A DNA stretch of 64,000 nucleotides from positions 838,303-902,302 of the forward strand of contig JAOZID010000010.1 in assembly GCA_026014465.1 (NCBI GenBank), read 5' to 3'. A program made the position numbers and the translations under genes. Below are positions 19,598 through 28,998 of this stretch, in pieces. The DNA comes from Candidatus Bathyarchaeota archaeon (GTDB lineage Archaea; Thermoproteota; Bathyarchaeia; Bathyarchaeales; Bathycorpusculaceae). Below the pieces are notes generated by a model that saw only the letters and a list, made by a program, of their open reading frames with translations, was not told the origin of the DNA and did not search any database. The first letter of the stretch is position 1. Each line of letters starts with the position of its first letter.

Positions 19598-20739
19598 TAC
19601 TCAGATGCCTCCTCAGTTTTAACAGGAGCCGCACTGGACTCTTCAGGTTTAGGCTCTTCTTTAACAGCCTCAGCCTTTGCTTCGGGTTTAGGAGCCTCTT
19701 TAGCTTCAGGTTTAGGCTCAGGAGCTTTCTCAACTTTAGGCGCCTCTTCAACCTTAGGAGCTTCCTCAGCAGGTTTAGGTGGCTCTTCAGCGGGTTTTTC
19801 CTCAACCTCAGTCTTAGGAGCTTCTGCAGCTGGCTTGACCTCGGGTGTTTCTTCAACCTTAGGCTCGGGTTTAGGCTCAGGAGCTGCTTTGGCGGGCTTT
19901 TCTTTGACTTCAACGGGTTTCACTTCTGCAGCCTCGGTAGCGGGTGTTTTTTCCACTTGGGGTTTGGCTTCAGCGGTTTGTGCGGTGGTTGTTGTTTCTT
20001 TGGGTGCTTCGGGTTGTGGTGCAGGTTCGGGTGCGTCTTTGACTACGACTTGTTCTGCTTCAGCGGGTTTTTTGGCTGCGGGTTTAGCTGCGGGTGTTGG
20101 GGGTTTTGTTTCGATAATTGGAGCTTCAGGTTCTTCGGGTGGCAGGTCGGTTATAACGGTTATTTTGTCTGGGAACTTTGCGTCTGGGGGCATGATTTTT
20201 ACTTTTACGCCAAACATGCCAGGTTTGAGTTGTACGTGGGCTTCGGTTTTGCGCATATACGTAAGGGCGGGGTCGCCGCATCTGGGGAAGTAGCCTGCGC
20301 GGAATTTTTCGAATCTTGCGCGTTCAGTGCGAAGTTTGCCGCTGATGACGATTTCGCAGCCTAAAGCGCCAGCTTCCATTACTTGGTTAAGTGCCCAAAA
20401 ACCTGCGCGGCGGAAGTGTATTCCTCTTTGCAGGGCAGAAGCGACACGGGAAGCAACTACATAAGCGTTAAGTTCGGGAACCTCAATTTCAGAAACAGAA
20501 ATCTGCGGGTTAGCTACACCAAATTTCTCCTCCAAAACAGCAGCTAAACCTTTGATTGTTTCTCCACCGCGTCCAATAACAATACCAGGGCGCATGGCGT
20601 AGATAACAACGTGGGTTCCCAAGGGAGTTTTGGACAGGTTTACGCCGCCGTATCCCGCGCGTTCAAGACGTTTTTGTAGGAACTCGTCGATTTCGGCGTT
20701 TTTGATGGCTTCGGATATGAAGCGTTTAACTATGGACAT
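19597..20739 (-). CDS. rps3: 30S ribosomal protein uS3 with ~170-aa P/E/A/K-rich C-terminal tail
   Basis: KH domain core (PGIVIGRGGETIKGL), then residues ~205-380 are PEPAPQPEAPKE...EAPKVEEAPKVEKAPEPKPEAKEAPKPEAK low complexity. Confidence 0.93.
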   Translation of the reverse strand: MSIVKRFISEAIKNAEIDEFLQKRLERAGYGGVNLSKTPLGTHVVIYAMRPGIVIGRGGETIKGLAAVLEEKFGVANPQISVSEIEVPELNAYVVASRVASALQRGIHFRRAGFWALNQVMEAGALGCEIVISGKLRTERARFEKFRAGYFPRCGDPALTYMRKTEAHVQLKPGMFGVKVKIMPPDAKFPDKITVITDLPPEEPEAPIIETKPPTPAAKPAAKKPAEAEQVVVKDAPEPAPQPEAPKETTTTAQTAEAKPQVEKTPATEAAEVKPVEVKEKPAKAAPEPKPEPKVEETPEVKPAAEAPKTEVEEKPAEEPPKPAEEAPKVEEAPKVEKAPEPKPEAKEAPKPEAKAEAVKEEPKPEESSAAPVKTEEASE

Positions 20740-21296
20740 TATGCGGTTTCTCCTGAGTCGGGTTTTTCGGTGAGGACGATTTCGACGTGGGTTAGGGTGT
20801 CGTATTTTGGTGAGGCTCGTCCATGAGCGCGGGGCATGTAACGTTTGATTTTCATGCCCGGGTATGCGGCTGCATGGGTTATTTGTAGTCTGTCAATGTC
20901 TAGACCTTGATTTTCAGCGTTAGCCTCGGCGCTTTGCAGCAACTTTAGGGTCTGCTGAGAAGCTTTAATCGGGTATCGTCCAGCAAAAGCACGCACCAAT
21001 CCTCCGCGGTGACCAGCCTTCTTACGGTAACGGCGGAAGGGCACGGCTTTCTTCTTCTCCATGACATCCCTAAGGTAATCCTTAGCTTTAGTCAATGTCA
21101 TGCCCTTAATGGTCCTGCAAACTTCTCGGGCGTGTTTATGGGATACCCTAAGTTCTCGACCGCTTGCTTTCACGGTCTTTTCAGGGTCCAGTTCTTCGGT
21201 TATTATGGAGTATCCCCATTTTGGCAAATCGTATCTCTCCAACTGCGCAAAACAACAGCGTAAACGCCAATTATAAGGCTTTCCATAACCCGACAA
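20739..21296 (-). CDS. rpl22: 50S ribosomal protein uL22 (start uncertain, may be an internal TTG near 21245)
   Basis: KASGRELRVSHKHAREVCRTIKGMTL...; first gene of the cluster. Confidence 0.88.
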   Translation of the reverse strand: MSGYGKPYNWRLRCCFAQLERYDLPKWGYSIITEELDPEKTVKASGRELRVSHKHAREVCRTIKGMTLTKAKDYLRDVMEKKKAVPFRRYRKKAGHRGGLVRAFAGRYPIKASQQTLKLLQSAEANAENQGLDIDRLQITHAAAYPGMKIKRYMPRAHGRASPKYDTLTHVEIVLTEKPDSGETA

Positions 21297-21580
21297 AGTT
21301 TTAGATAAAATAAGCTACCTAATCGCAACTCAGAAAGACGAATCCGAGCGTGAAGTGTCCAAAAAAATGATGCAAACATAAACTATTATAGTTTTTCCAC
21401 AAACCCCAACAACAAAAACCACAAAAAGCAAAACCAAAACTGCGGCGGGCAACAACAAACACGTTGCAAAAAAGACCAAAGATTGCTTCCAGAAAAAACA
21501 AAAGCCGCCAGCAACAAAACAAAGCATGATTTGCGTGCACAGAAGCGAAAGGTTAATTGGGGAGTGTGGTGATGTGGCTA

Positions 21581-21704
21581 TTGTTTGCCGGTCAAAGGGC
21601 GCGGGTTCCACCTGATCCCGTTCCGAACTCAGAAGTTAAACCGTGTTCCGTTCCCATGTGTAGTGCGGTCTTCGGCCGCGTGAAAACGGGAAAGCTGGCA
21701 ACAC
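21581..21704 (+). rRNA. rrf: 5S ribosomal RNA (stand-alone, ends approximate)
   Basis: cctgatcccgttccgaactcagaagttaaac matches the conserved 5S core. 5' ttgtttgccgg can pair with 3' ctggcaaca as helix I. About 124 nt. The overlapping track ORFs have no protein-like character. Confidence 0.85.
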
Positions 21705-21794
21705 TTCATTCTTACCTCTTCTTGTGTTTCAAGGTTTTTTGTGCGATGTGTTTATGTTCCTGTTTTGGGGTTAGACGTATGCGAGGGCAACTGT

Positions 21795-22862
21795 ATGAGT
21801 GAGAAGAAAGCCCAGATAACCATGATGCATGGTGCAGGCGGAACCGTCATGCACAACTTAGTTAAAGATTACATTGTCAAAGCGTTTGCGGGCATTGGCA
21901 ACGCTGAGGTTCCTTTGGAAGCAATGGATGACTCCGCGGTAGTTGATGATATAGTCATTAAAAGTGACAGCCACGCGGTTAAACCCATATTTTTCCCAGG
22001 CGGCGACATCGGACGCATAGCCATATCAGGAACCGTCAATGACATAGCCGTACTGGGCGCTGAACCCCGCGCCTTAGCCTGCGGATTTGTCCTAGAAGAA
22101 GGCTTATCCATGGAGGATTTCCAAAAAATCCTAGACAGCATGCGCCAGACCTGCTTGGAAGCAAACGTGGGCATAGTTACAGGCGACACCAAAGTTGTAG
22201 AGAAAGGCGCTTTAGGCGGGTGCGTAATGAACGTTTCAGGCATCGGCAAAAGAACCCCCGCTTTAGAGCACAACATAGAAGTAGTCAAACAGTACAAGCC
22301 TGATTTTTCGGCGCGGTGGCTGCTGGATTCCAACCTAAAAGCAGGCGACAAAATCATTCTTTTGGGAACCATAGCTGACCACGGCTTAGCGGTTCTTTCA
22401 GCTCAGGAAGGACTCAAATTCGCAAGTGAAATCCTCTCAGACGTCAAACCCCTTAACCAAATGATACAGCGCATGCTTGCGGAAGTCGGCGGGGTCGTGG
22501 CTATGAAAGATGCCACCCGAGGCGGCTTAGCAGACGCACTGCATGAATGGACAGAAAAATCCAACGCAGGCATACTTGTACAGGAAAACCAAATCCCCAT
22601 CCGAGAAGACGTACGCGTCGCGTGTGAAATGCTCGGACTTGACCCGCTTGAAGTAGGAAATGAAGGCAAAATAATCATAGGCGCCGTAGCCGAGAAAGCC
22701 CAAGAAATACAAAGTTTCCTAAGAAAAACACCTGAAGGCAAAGATGCCCAGATAATCGGCGAAGTCACAGAAGAATTTAGCGGCGTAGCCATGCAAACGG
22801 TCGTGGGCGGCAAACGCATAATCTCTAGACCTGTAGGCGACCCTGTCCCGCGCATTTGCTAA
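21795..22862 (+). CDS. hypE: hydrogenase maturation protein HypE (AIR-synthase-related fold)
   Basis: MHGAGG N-terminal motif and the diagnostic C-terminal PRIC. Start placed at ATG 21795 (MSEKKAQITMMHGAGG). Confidence 0.85.
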   Translation: MSEKKAQITMMHGAGGTVMHNLVKDYIVKAFAGIGNAEVPLEAMDDSAVVDDIVIKSDSHAVKPIFFPGGDIGRIAISGTVNDIAVLGAEPRALACGFVLEEGLSMEDFQKILDSMRQTCLEANVGIVTGDTKVVEKGALGGCVMNVSGIGKRTPALEHNIEVVKQYKPDFSARWLLDSNLKAGDKIILLGTIADHGLAVLSAQEGLKFASEILSDVKPLNQMIQRMLAEVGGVVAMKDATRGGLADALHEWTEKSNAGILVQENQIPIREDVRVACEMLGLDPLEVGNEGKIIIGAVAEKAQEIQSFLRKTPEGKDAQIIGEVTEEFSGVAMQTVVGGKRIISRPVGDPVPRIC

Positions 22863-23128
22863 ACCACAAAAGTAAAAATCATCAATTTTTTGGTTTTTAT
22901 AAATGAGGCAAAGTGGGCACCGTTATATCGCTTGGCGTTTGTAGAAGGCGGTAGTCGTTAGCAGCAGGGTCAAAAGTAGACATCAGTATTAGGTGCGCCC
23001 AATGCCTCATTTCCCTCCTATTGGGAGGAGAACTATTCGGTGGATATGTTATAAGCTCTAGTTGGTAGGGTTACTACCGACAGTTGGCAAAAGGTTTTAA
23101 GCGTGAAGTTTGAAAGAGAGACAGAAAA

Positions 23129-23965
23129 ATGGCGGGAAGGGTATTGTCTGAAACTGCAGGCGTTGAAGATGATATACAGACTCTGGTGCGGCTTGGGCTT
23201 AACGGAGTGCAAGCAAAAATCTATCTTGGACTGCTACGAACAGGCTTAGCCAAAGCACAAGAAATAGCCAAAGCCTCAGGCGTCGCCCGACCAGACGTCT
23301 ACCGCACCCTAGCACAACTCCAAGAAATCGGCTTAGTAGAAAAAATGGTAACCACCCCCATAAAATTCAAGGCACTGCCGATAAACTATGGGTTGCAGAT
23401 GCTTCTAAAACAACGCGAAAAAGAAAACACAGACATACAAAAAAAAGCCTCCCAACTAATAAAAAGCTACCAGAACACAGACGAAAACCTCGTACCCCAA
23501 ACAAGCGACGCCCAATTCGTCCTAATCCCCAAAAAAGAAACCATCGTCCACACCGTACAAGAAATCGCCAAAAAAACACAAACCCACATGTACTTCATGA
23601 CCCCCCTCAAAAAACTCTTACCCCTCATCATAAACCACCCCGACATATTCAGTGCAGCCACCAAAAGAGGCGTAAACGTCCAAATCCTAACCGAAAAACC
23701 CGAAGAAAAAACCGACCTCACCAAACCCACCCGAGAACTCAACAAACACCCAAACTTCGAACTCCGAATGATCCTAACCCCCCTAAACGTCGACTTCGGA
23801 ATCTTTGACGACCAAAAAATCCTGCTCAGCACCGCAGCCAAAACCAACCCAACACAAGCCCCAGCCATATTCTCCAACAACCCCGACATCATCGAACTCG
23901 CCAAAAACTACTTCGAAATCGCCTGGATAACCGCCATAGAAACCAAACCCACACCCAAAAACTAA
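23129..23965 (+). CDS. TrmB-family transcriptional regulator (wHTH plus C-terminal effector-like domain)
   Basis: LGLNGVQAKIYLGLLRTGLAKAQEIAKASGVARPDVYRTLAQLQEIGLVEK is a typical TrmB N-terminal wHTH. Confidence 0.8.
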   Translation: MAGRVLSETAGVEDDIQTLVRLGLNGVQAKIYLGLLRTGLAKAQEIAKASGVARPDVYRTLAQLQEIGLVEKMVTTPIKFKALPINYGLQMLLKQREKENTDIQKKASQLIKSYQNTDENLVPQTSDAQFVLIPKKETIVHTVQEIAKKTQTHMYFMTPLKKLLPLIINHPDIFSAATKRGVNVQILTEKPEEKTDLTKPTRELNKHPNFELRMILTPLNVDFGIFDDQKILLSTAAKTNPTQAPAIFSNNPDIIELAKNYFEIAWITAIETKPTPKN

Positions 23966-24046
23966 ACCCAAAACCCAACAACCAACCCCCACCAAAGGTA
24001 AATAGATATTAAGGAAAAACCGCTTTCACTTTTCGATACCACACAA

Positions 24047-24134
24047 GCAGGGGTCTCCAAGCCAGGTCAACGGAGTAGGGCTTAGGACCCTATCGCGTAG
24101 GCGTTCGTGGGTTCGAATCCCACCCCCTGCACCA
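24047..24134 (+). tRNA. tRNA-Leu (anticodon UAG), class II with long variable arm, CCA encoded
   Basis: Hand fold. Acceptor gcagggg/cccctgc, D arm ctcc..ggag, anticodon stem taggg/cccta with loop cTTAGga, variable arm tcgcgtaggcgttc, T arm gtggg-ttcgaat-cccac, then a-cca. Confidence 0.9.
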
Positions 24135-24147
24135 TATATAAATAAAC
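24109..24147 (+). repeat. attL: tRNA-Leu 3' end plus 13 nt flank
   Basis: gggttcgaatcccaccccctgcaccatatataaataaac; 36/39 identical to 48737-48775. Confidence 0.85.
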
Positions 24148-24191
24148 TACAGGGGGTTTGTTCTGGCGATGTTAAGCGGTTTTTTGTCATG

Positions 24192-25484
24192 TTAAAGCTT
24201 CCTTTTTCTAAAGATTTTAGCGTCTTGAAAATCGGTGACATATTCAAATCCTGCCTCTATTAGGCTGCAGACGTCTTTTTCGGTTTTAGCTACTTTAGAG
24301 ATGTAGTCGGTTTCTCCTTGGAAGAGGGCTTCTTCGAGTTGGATGTATAGCAGCGTGTTTTTGATGTTTTTGTGGCCGAGCCTTTGCATGACGTAGTAGA
24401 TGTCTTTGGTTTGATGGTAGAGTATGGTGCCTTTCCAGTGTCGGAAGGTGTGGAAGTGGATTTTCATCAGTCTTGGGTTGCTGAGCTTGCGGGCTAACCG
24501 TTTTCTTTGAATGCAGAATAGTGTTCCGAAGTGGTCAACTGGCATGGGTGCATGTGAAAAGATTCTTTCGCCGTAGATTTTAGGTATCTGCGTCAGCATT
24601 TCCAACATTTTATTGCTTAGGTGTACGACTCTTGGGTTACTGTTTTTTTCGGCTGTGATGTTTACGACTTTGCTTTCGAAATCTATGTCGTCCCATTTGA
24701 GCTGCCAAATTTCGCCGCATCGTGCGCCTGTTTCTTTGAGCATCTGCAGGAAAGTTGCCACGCGTTGGGTGCAGCCTGCGATGAGCTGGTCGATTTCGGT
24801 TTCTTTGGGAATGAAGGGCAGTTTGCGTATGCATTGGTATAGTGGGGCGTCCCATTTGCCGCCAGCCATTTTTAGGAATGAGCTGTAGGCGTCGACTGCG
24901 TTGTTTTTTCTGCCGTTGCTCCAGGTTTGTTTAGCTATGACTGCTTTGATTGTTTCGGGGTCGTAGAGGTCTGCGCCGCGTTTTACCATAACAAAGAGCA
25001 GTTTTGAGCGTCCAAGTATGGTTTGTTCGCTGTAGCCGCCTTTTTTCAACCACCAGATGTATTCAACGATTTTTCCTTTTACGTCAGGTTCGTTTCTCCG
25101 CAGAACTTCGGCTGTTTGAGGTTCTGCTGCCAAGTTTTTCGTCTCCATGACGCATATTTGGCTACCCTCTAGTATGCCCTCGAAGGTTTTTAATGACTTC
25201 GTATCAACGGTTGAAATATTTTCAATGGTTCGCTTTGCCTGCTGCAGGTCGTTTGGGTCTGAGAATCGCAGGCCACAGTCCCGGCAGATCCATCGTTGAA
25301 TCTTTTGTCCATAAAAAATTCGGTTGCCATCCCGCCAAACTTTTTTGGAGTTGCATCGTGGGCATTGGGGGCTGACGTCGGCGGAGCCGTCTGCAGACTC
25401 CGACTTACATGAGTTTGAACCGGCTTTGGTGGTGCCAAATACGCAGTCTGGGGGTTGTGTCGCGTTTGGTGTAAGTTCAGCCAT
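24192..25484 (-). CDS. int: tyrosine recombinase / integrase with N-terminal zinc ribbon
   Basis: CPRCNSKKV...CRDCGLRF ribbon. C-terminal catalytic blocks ARCGEI (Arg), HTFRHW (His-x-x-Arg), LGHKNIKNTLLYIQL (His..Tyr). Confidence 0.9.
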   Translation of the reverse strand: MAELTPNATQPPDCVFGTTKAGSNSCKSESADGSADVSPQCPRCNSKKVWRDGNRIFYGQKIQRWICRDCGLRFSDPNDLQQAKRTIENISTVDTKSLKTFEGILEGSQICVMETKNLAAEPQTAEVLRRNEPDVKGKIVEYIWWLKKGGYSEQTILGRSKLLFVMVKRGADLYDPETIKAVIAKQTWSNGRKNNAVDAYSSFLKMAGGKWDAPLYQCIRKLPFIPKETEIDQLIAGCTQRVATFLQMLKETGARCGEIWQLKWDDIDFESKVVNITAEKNSNPRVVHLSNKMLEMLTQIPKIYGERIFSHAPMPVDHFGTLFCIQRKRLARKLSNPRLMKIHFHTFRHWKGTILYHQTKDIYYVMQRLGHKNIKNTLLYIQLEEALFQGETDYISKVAKTEKDVCSLIEAGFEYVTDFQDAKIFRKRKL

Positions 25485-25504
25485 TCCCTCCCACTCTACC
25501 TAAA

Positions 25505-25762
25505 CTACGATTCAATTTGTTCTAAGTCAGGAATGCCGAAAGCATTACACAGATTCTTTAGTGCCTGTAAAGCCTTAGCCTGTTTTTTCTGGTCGGAAAT
25601 CACAAGAATTCTTGACTTTAGCAGTTCAAGCTCAATTTTAAGGTCCAGCTCTTCAATTAGTTGTAGTCTTTGTTCATGGTCGCTTAGCACAGTGTTGATT
25701 TTGTTTAGGATAGCGCCGATGTCTGCGATGATTTCTTGAATGGTTACTCGTTTGGGCTTCAA
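25505..25762 (-). CDS. small coiled-coil protein, unknown function
   Basis: 85-aa heptad-rich ORF just upstream of int on the same strand. Confidence 0.45.
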   Translation of the reverse strand: MKPKRVTIQEIIADIGAILNKINTVLSDHEQRLQLIEELDLKIELELLKSRILVISDQKKQAKALQALKNLCNAFGIPDLEQIES

Positions 25763-25861
25763 CTATTTGTCACCTTGACCAACTCTCAGGCAGAACGTAA
25801 AAACTATCTATCGTCGCAACGAGATCATCTCGTTGTAGAGGGCGGCAACGAGACTATTCTT

Positions 25862-26251
25862 TTAAGGATACATCTTTAGCGCAGTTATCAACGCTTGGAG
25901 CTGGTCTTCTGGAGCCGTTAGAAGTAAAACATTCAGGTCTTTTTTTCTCAGTTCTATAGCCGCTCTTCCTCTTACGCTCAACTTGTAGAGGGGTGAGATA
26001 AAATGTGGTCTTGAATACCTAATGCCTTGAGTTTCCAGCCAATGCTGTTTATAGAGCGCTTTAACTCGTCTATCGACGTTTTGTTTTCCCTTGTGCCTAA
26101 ACCCCTTGATGGCTCTAACTTCTTTGAATATGTCGTAACTCGCCAAAAGCTTCCCATCTGGATAGAGAATCAAAAATATTAGGAAATTAAGGCTGGCTTC
26201 TCTACCGCTAAAAACCTTAAGACATGTGCCTTTACCTCGCTTCCCCGCCAT
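25862..26251 (-). CDS. winged-helix DNA-binding protein (PadR-like)
   Basis: 129 aa; FLIFLILYPDG..SYDIFKEV...VDRRVKALYKQHWLE pattern of PadR-type wHTH. Confidence 0.5.
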   Translation of the reverse strand: MAGKRGKGTCLKVFSGREASLNFLIFLILYPDGKLLASYDIFKEVRAIKGFRHKGKQNVDRRVKALYKQHWLETQGIRYSRPHFISPLYKLSVRGRAAIELRKKDLNVLLLTAPEDQLQALITALKMYP

Positions 26252-26429
26252 AGATGTCTACTCCCCAGACGGGAAGGAGGCAAAAACTGTGATGCCGCTG
26301 GCTGAAGGAAGTTTAGTTTAAAGAAGTATGGCAGCAAAAATATCATATTATCAAATACCTACATTGAGTGATTACCAAGCGGCTCACCTTAGTTGATTTC
26401 TAGACCGTTGAAATTAACCATAAAAGGCG

Positions 26430-26448
26430 AACTCCCTCGGAGGGAGTT
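26430..26448 (+). promoter_or_regulatory. palindromic box copy a (AACTCCCTCGGAGGGAGTT)
   Basis: Perfect 9+9 palindrome; cataaaagg TATA-like element 4 nt upstream. Confidence 0.6.
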
Positions 26449-26685
26449 TGATACTAGTGTAGAACAGTAATCCATTGCCAGCGAGTGTCTCTTTGAATCG
26501 TCAGAATTGTAGATTATATCACTGTTCAGGTCATTAGTTATGTTCCATACACTAATGAAAGGGCAACCAAGAAGAGACTAAAGGGAGAATTGAAGGGGCT
26601 TTGGGCAGTTCTTCGGCACATCGTTTTTTGGTGTCTCTTCTTGGCTGTCAAAGGTTTTTGTAACTAGCTTGAAGCATAAAAAGAG

Positions 26686-26703
26686 AACTCCCTCGGAATG
26701 AGG
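26686..26703 (+). promoter_or_regulatory. palindromic box copy b (AACTCCCTCGGAATGAGG)
   Basis: cataaaaag 2 nt upstream. ATG of 26705 ORF 2 nt downstream, consistent with a leaderless promoter. Confidence 0.65.
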
Positions 26704-26704
26704 C

Positions 26705-27706
26705 ATGTTTTTTACTTCTCTATCAGACCTTTTGACAAATAACAGGGTTGAGCGTTCCTTCCGTTCAATCTTCTCTTGGCGTTGGCTAATGGTAAAGAAA
26801 AAAGACGAACACAAGCTTAACTTAGAACTCAGGGTTGACTATCACTCTTCCCGCTTCTTTGCTCTTCTTTTTCCTGTTCTCTATTCTGTTGCTTTAGCTA
26901 TTTTCTGTTTTGCTTACAAAATAATGCCTGGTCCGGAGTTTCTGATTTTAGGTTTTCTGGTTTACGCAGCGTACAACAAGAAAACTTGGGGTTTCTTGAA
27001 GGATTGGCTTCCATTCATTACTATTTTTGTCTCCTACGAAATCCTCTATAGCGTAGTTGGTATGACCGTTGCAAACCGTCTCAATTCAGGTCCACTTAAT
27101 TTGGAGATGCAGTTATTTGGTCAAATTCCCAGTTTGCTTCTACAGCAAACTATCCGAATGCCTATTTTAGATTACACAGGCGCATTCTTCTATTCAGCTT
27201 ATTTCTTTCTCCCAACAATATTTGCATTCGTTCTTTGGAAGAAAAGCCCTAAAAACTACTGGAAATACATGATTGCATTTGGCGTATGTACCTTCTCTGC
27301 GCTGATAACATTTCTTTTCTATCCCGTAGCTCCTCCATGGATTGCCATTCCAAACGTTACCCCAATCTTAACCACTTCAGTGGATGCTAGCTTAGGTCTT
27401 CCGGTTTACAAGTGGATTTTTAATTTCCTCAATCCAGACTTGTATGCTGCTTTTCCAAGTATGCACTCAGCTTTACCTTGGCTGGTTTTCCTCTTTGCCT
27501 TCAAGACTTGGAAATGGAAAGCTCTCCCGATGATAGTTTTTCCTGTTGGAACTTGGTTTAGCGCAGTTTACTTAGGTGAACACTATTTCGTTGACGTTTT
27601 AGGCGGAATTGCCTATGCTACCGTCGCTTTCATAGCTGTAAATACAATTTTGCCATTCCTGTCTTGCCGCTTGAACCTATTAAAAAAGCATATTCCCCAA
27701 CTCTGA
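26705..27706 (+). CDS. PAP2-superfamily membrane phosphotransferase/phosphatase (Aur1/Ipt-like)
   Basis: Multi-TM. FPSMHSA and GEHYFVDVLGG resemble PAP2 C2/C3 motifs (S-x-H ... H-x-x-x-D). Confidence 0.6.
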   Translation: MFFTSLSDLLTNNRVERSFRSIFSWRWLMVKKKDEHKLNLELRVDYHSSRFFALLFPVLYSVALAIFCFAYKIMPGPEFLILGFLVYAAYNKKTWGFLKDWLPFITIFVSYEILYSVVGMTVANRLNSGPLNLEMQLFGQIPSLLLQQTIRMPILDYTGAFFYSAYFFLPTIFAFVLWKKSPKNYWKYMIAFGVCTFSALITFLFYPVAPPWIAIPNVTPILTTSVDASLGLPVYKWIFNFLNPDLYAAFPSMHSALPWLVFLFAFKTWKWKALPMIVFPVGTWFSAVYLGEHYFVDVLGGIAYATVAFIAVNTILPFLSCRLNLLKKHIPQL

Positions 27707-27762
27707 GAAAAAATTGGACGGGTGGGGCTAAGTTTTTTGATTATCCTTCTTATGAGTTGGAA

Positions 27763-28086
27763 TCAATTAGATGTTGAAAAGGTCTGAGTGGCGTTTTCTA
27801 TTGCTGTTTCGCTTATTTGTTTCTCAATAAGTCGATAGTTGCTTGCCATAGCTTGTGACAAACAATATGTTGTACCGTATCCGTCTTGAATTGTACGAAC
27901 AAGATGGTTCTTTTGGAGAATTTCAAGATGATGGGTGATGGTTTTATAGCTAAGCTTAAGGCGCTTTGAAAGTTGATTAGCGTTTTGTGGTTCTTCTTTT
28001 AGGGTTCTGAGTATAATCGCTCTGCTTGGTCCGCCTCTATTGCCAGTTAAAAGTTTCCAAAAAGGAGGAAAAAGGGGGGTTGTCAT
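27763..28086 (-). CDS. ArsR-family wHTH transcriptional regulator
   Basis: RAIILRTLKEEPQNANQLSKRLKLSYKTITHHLEILQKNHLV. Confidence 0.8.
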   Translation of the reverse strand: MTTPLFPPFWKLLTGNRGGPSRAIILRTLKEEPQNANQLSKRLKLSYKTITHHLEILQKNHLVRTIQDGYGTTYCLSQAMASNYRLIEKQISETAIENATQTFSTSN

Positions 28087-28196
28087 GGAACGTTATGTCC
28101 ACATCGTTGTAACGTATTGTTTGGAAGGCTGATAAAAAAACAGCCTGCCTTGACATCTTTTAGCTCTGACGTATGCATCGTTTTCATATCAGATTC

Positions 28197-28997
28197 CTAA
28201 TTGAACTCTTTGCGCTTGAACATAATCAAGCCTACGACTGTCGTAACAATTAGGTAGACTGCCATGATTGCTAATCCTTCTGGAACAGTAGGATTGTAGG
28301 ATGTCATTGTTGTGCTGCCAAAGTGGTTCACAGTTACATTAGGCGGATAGGGGTTTTGAAGTATAGTTGACATAATTGATCCGCCGTAACTTAGGCTAAA
28401 CCATGGTTCTACAGGAATCATACCTGCAATTTGGCTGATGATACTAAATCCTAACATGAGAACAACAATGTCTACAATGAATGCGTTAGTGCTGCTCTTG
28501 AATAGTGAGCTTACAAAGAAGACGAATCCAACGATGGCTGCAAGGTAGAAGTAGGCAAACAGCACTGACAAACCAAATTCAGACGGAACAGCGTTATAGT
28601 ACAGCCCAGTCAACGTTATAGACGCTGCAAATACGCCAAATGTGATGCATGCTGCTATGAAAGCGGACAACCACTTACCTATGTAAATCACTGACCTGCT
28701 AATAGGGTTTGGAACACTAAAGTATCCTGTTTTATTCTGGAACTCGCCAGATATGGCATCTCCGCCAAAGAAAACTACTGACAGCGTTATGAATATGGGC
28801 GAAAATGTTCCCCATAATCCAAAGATACCCTTGCCCACGAAATAAGCTAAAGCCACGCTCATTACAAGCGTTAAAGCCATCAGTATAAGAAAACGCCTTG
28901 ACCTGATATAGTCAAGCAAGGTATACTTCATTATGACGCCTATCTGTGCGAATTTGGACGGAACTTTGTTAATACATCCAGATTTTGTTCTAATCAT
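28197..28997 (-). CDS. ABC-2 type transporter permease
   Basis: 6 hydrophobic segments, directly downstream of and abutting the ABC ATPase. Confidence 0.75.
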   Translation of the reverse strand: MIRTKSGCINKVPSKFAQIGVIMKYTLLDYIRSRRFLILMALTLVMSVALAYFVGKGIFGLWGTFSPIFITLSVVFFGGDAISGEFQNKTGYFSVPNPISRSVIYIGKWLSAFIAACITFGVFAASITLTGLYYNAVPSEFGLSVLFAYFYLAAIVGFVFFVSSLFKSSTNAFIVDIVVLMLGFSIISQIAGMIPVEPWFSLSYGGSIMSTILQNPYPPNVTVNHFGSTTMTSYNPTVPEGLAIMAVYLIVTTVVGLIMFKRKEFN

Positions 28998-28998
28998 T

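Noticed and set aside
19569-20364. ORFs 19569..19913 (-), 19835..20293 (+), 19957..20364 (+)
   Set aside because: Alternative frames of the low-complexity uS3 tail. Only the uS3 frame continues into a recognisable conserved domain.
21319-21802. ORFs 21319..21540, 21330..21611 and 21557..21802
   Set aside because: They lie over an A/C-rich spacer and the 5S rRNA gene and have no protein-like features. The last one also runs into the hypE leader.
24026-24247. 73-aa minus-strand ORF containing GAGGGIRTHERL
   Set aside because: It is the reverse translation of tRNA-Leu. The same GGGIRT artefact appears in ORF 48360..48773 (N-terminal part) and ORF 51355..51762, which overlie the att remnants.
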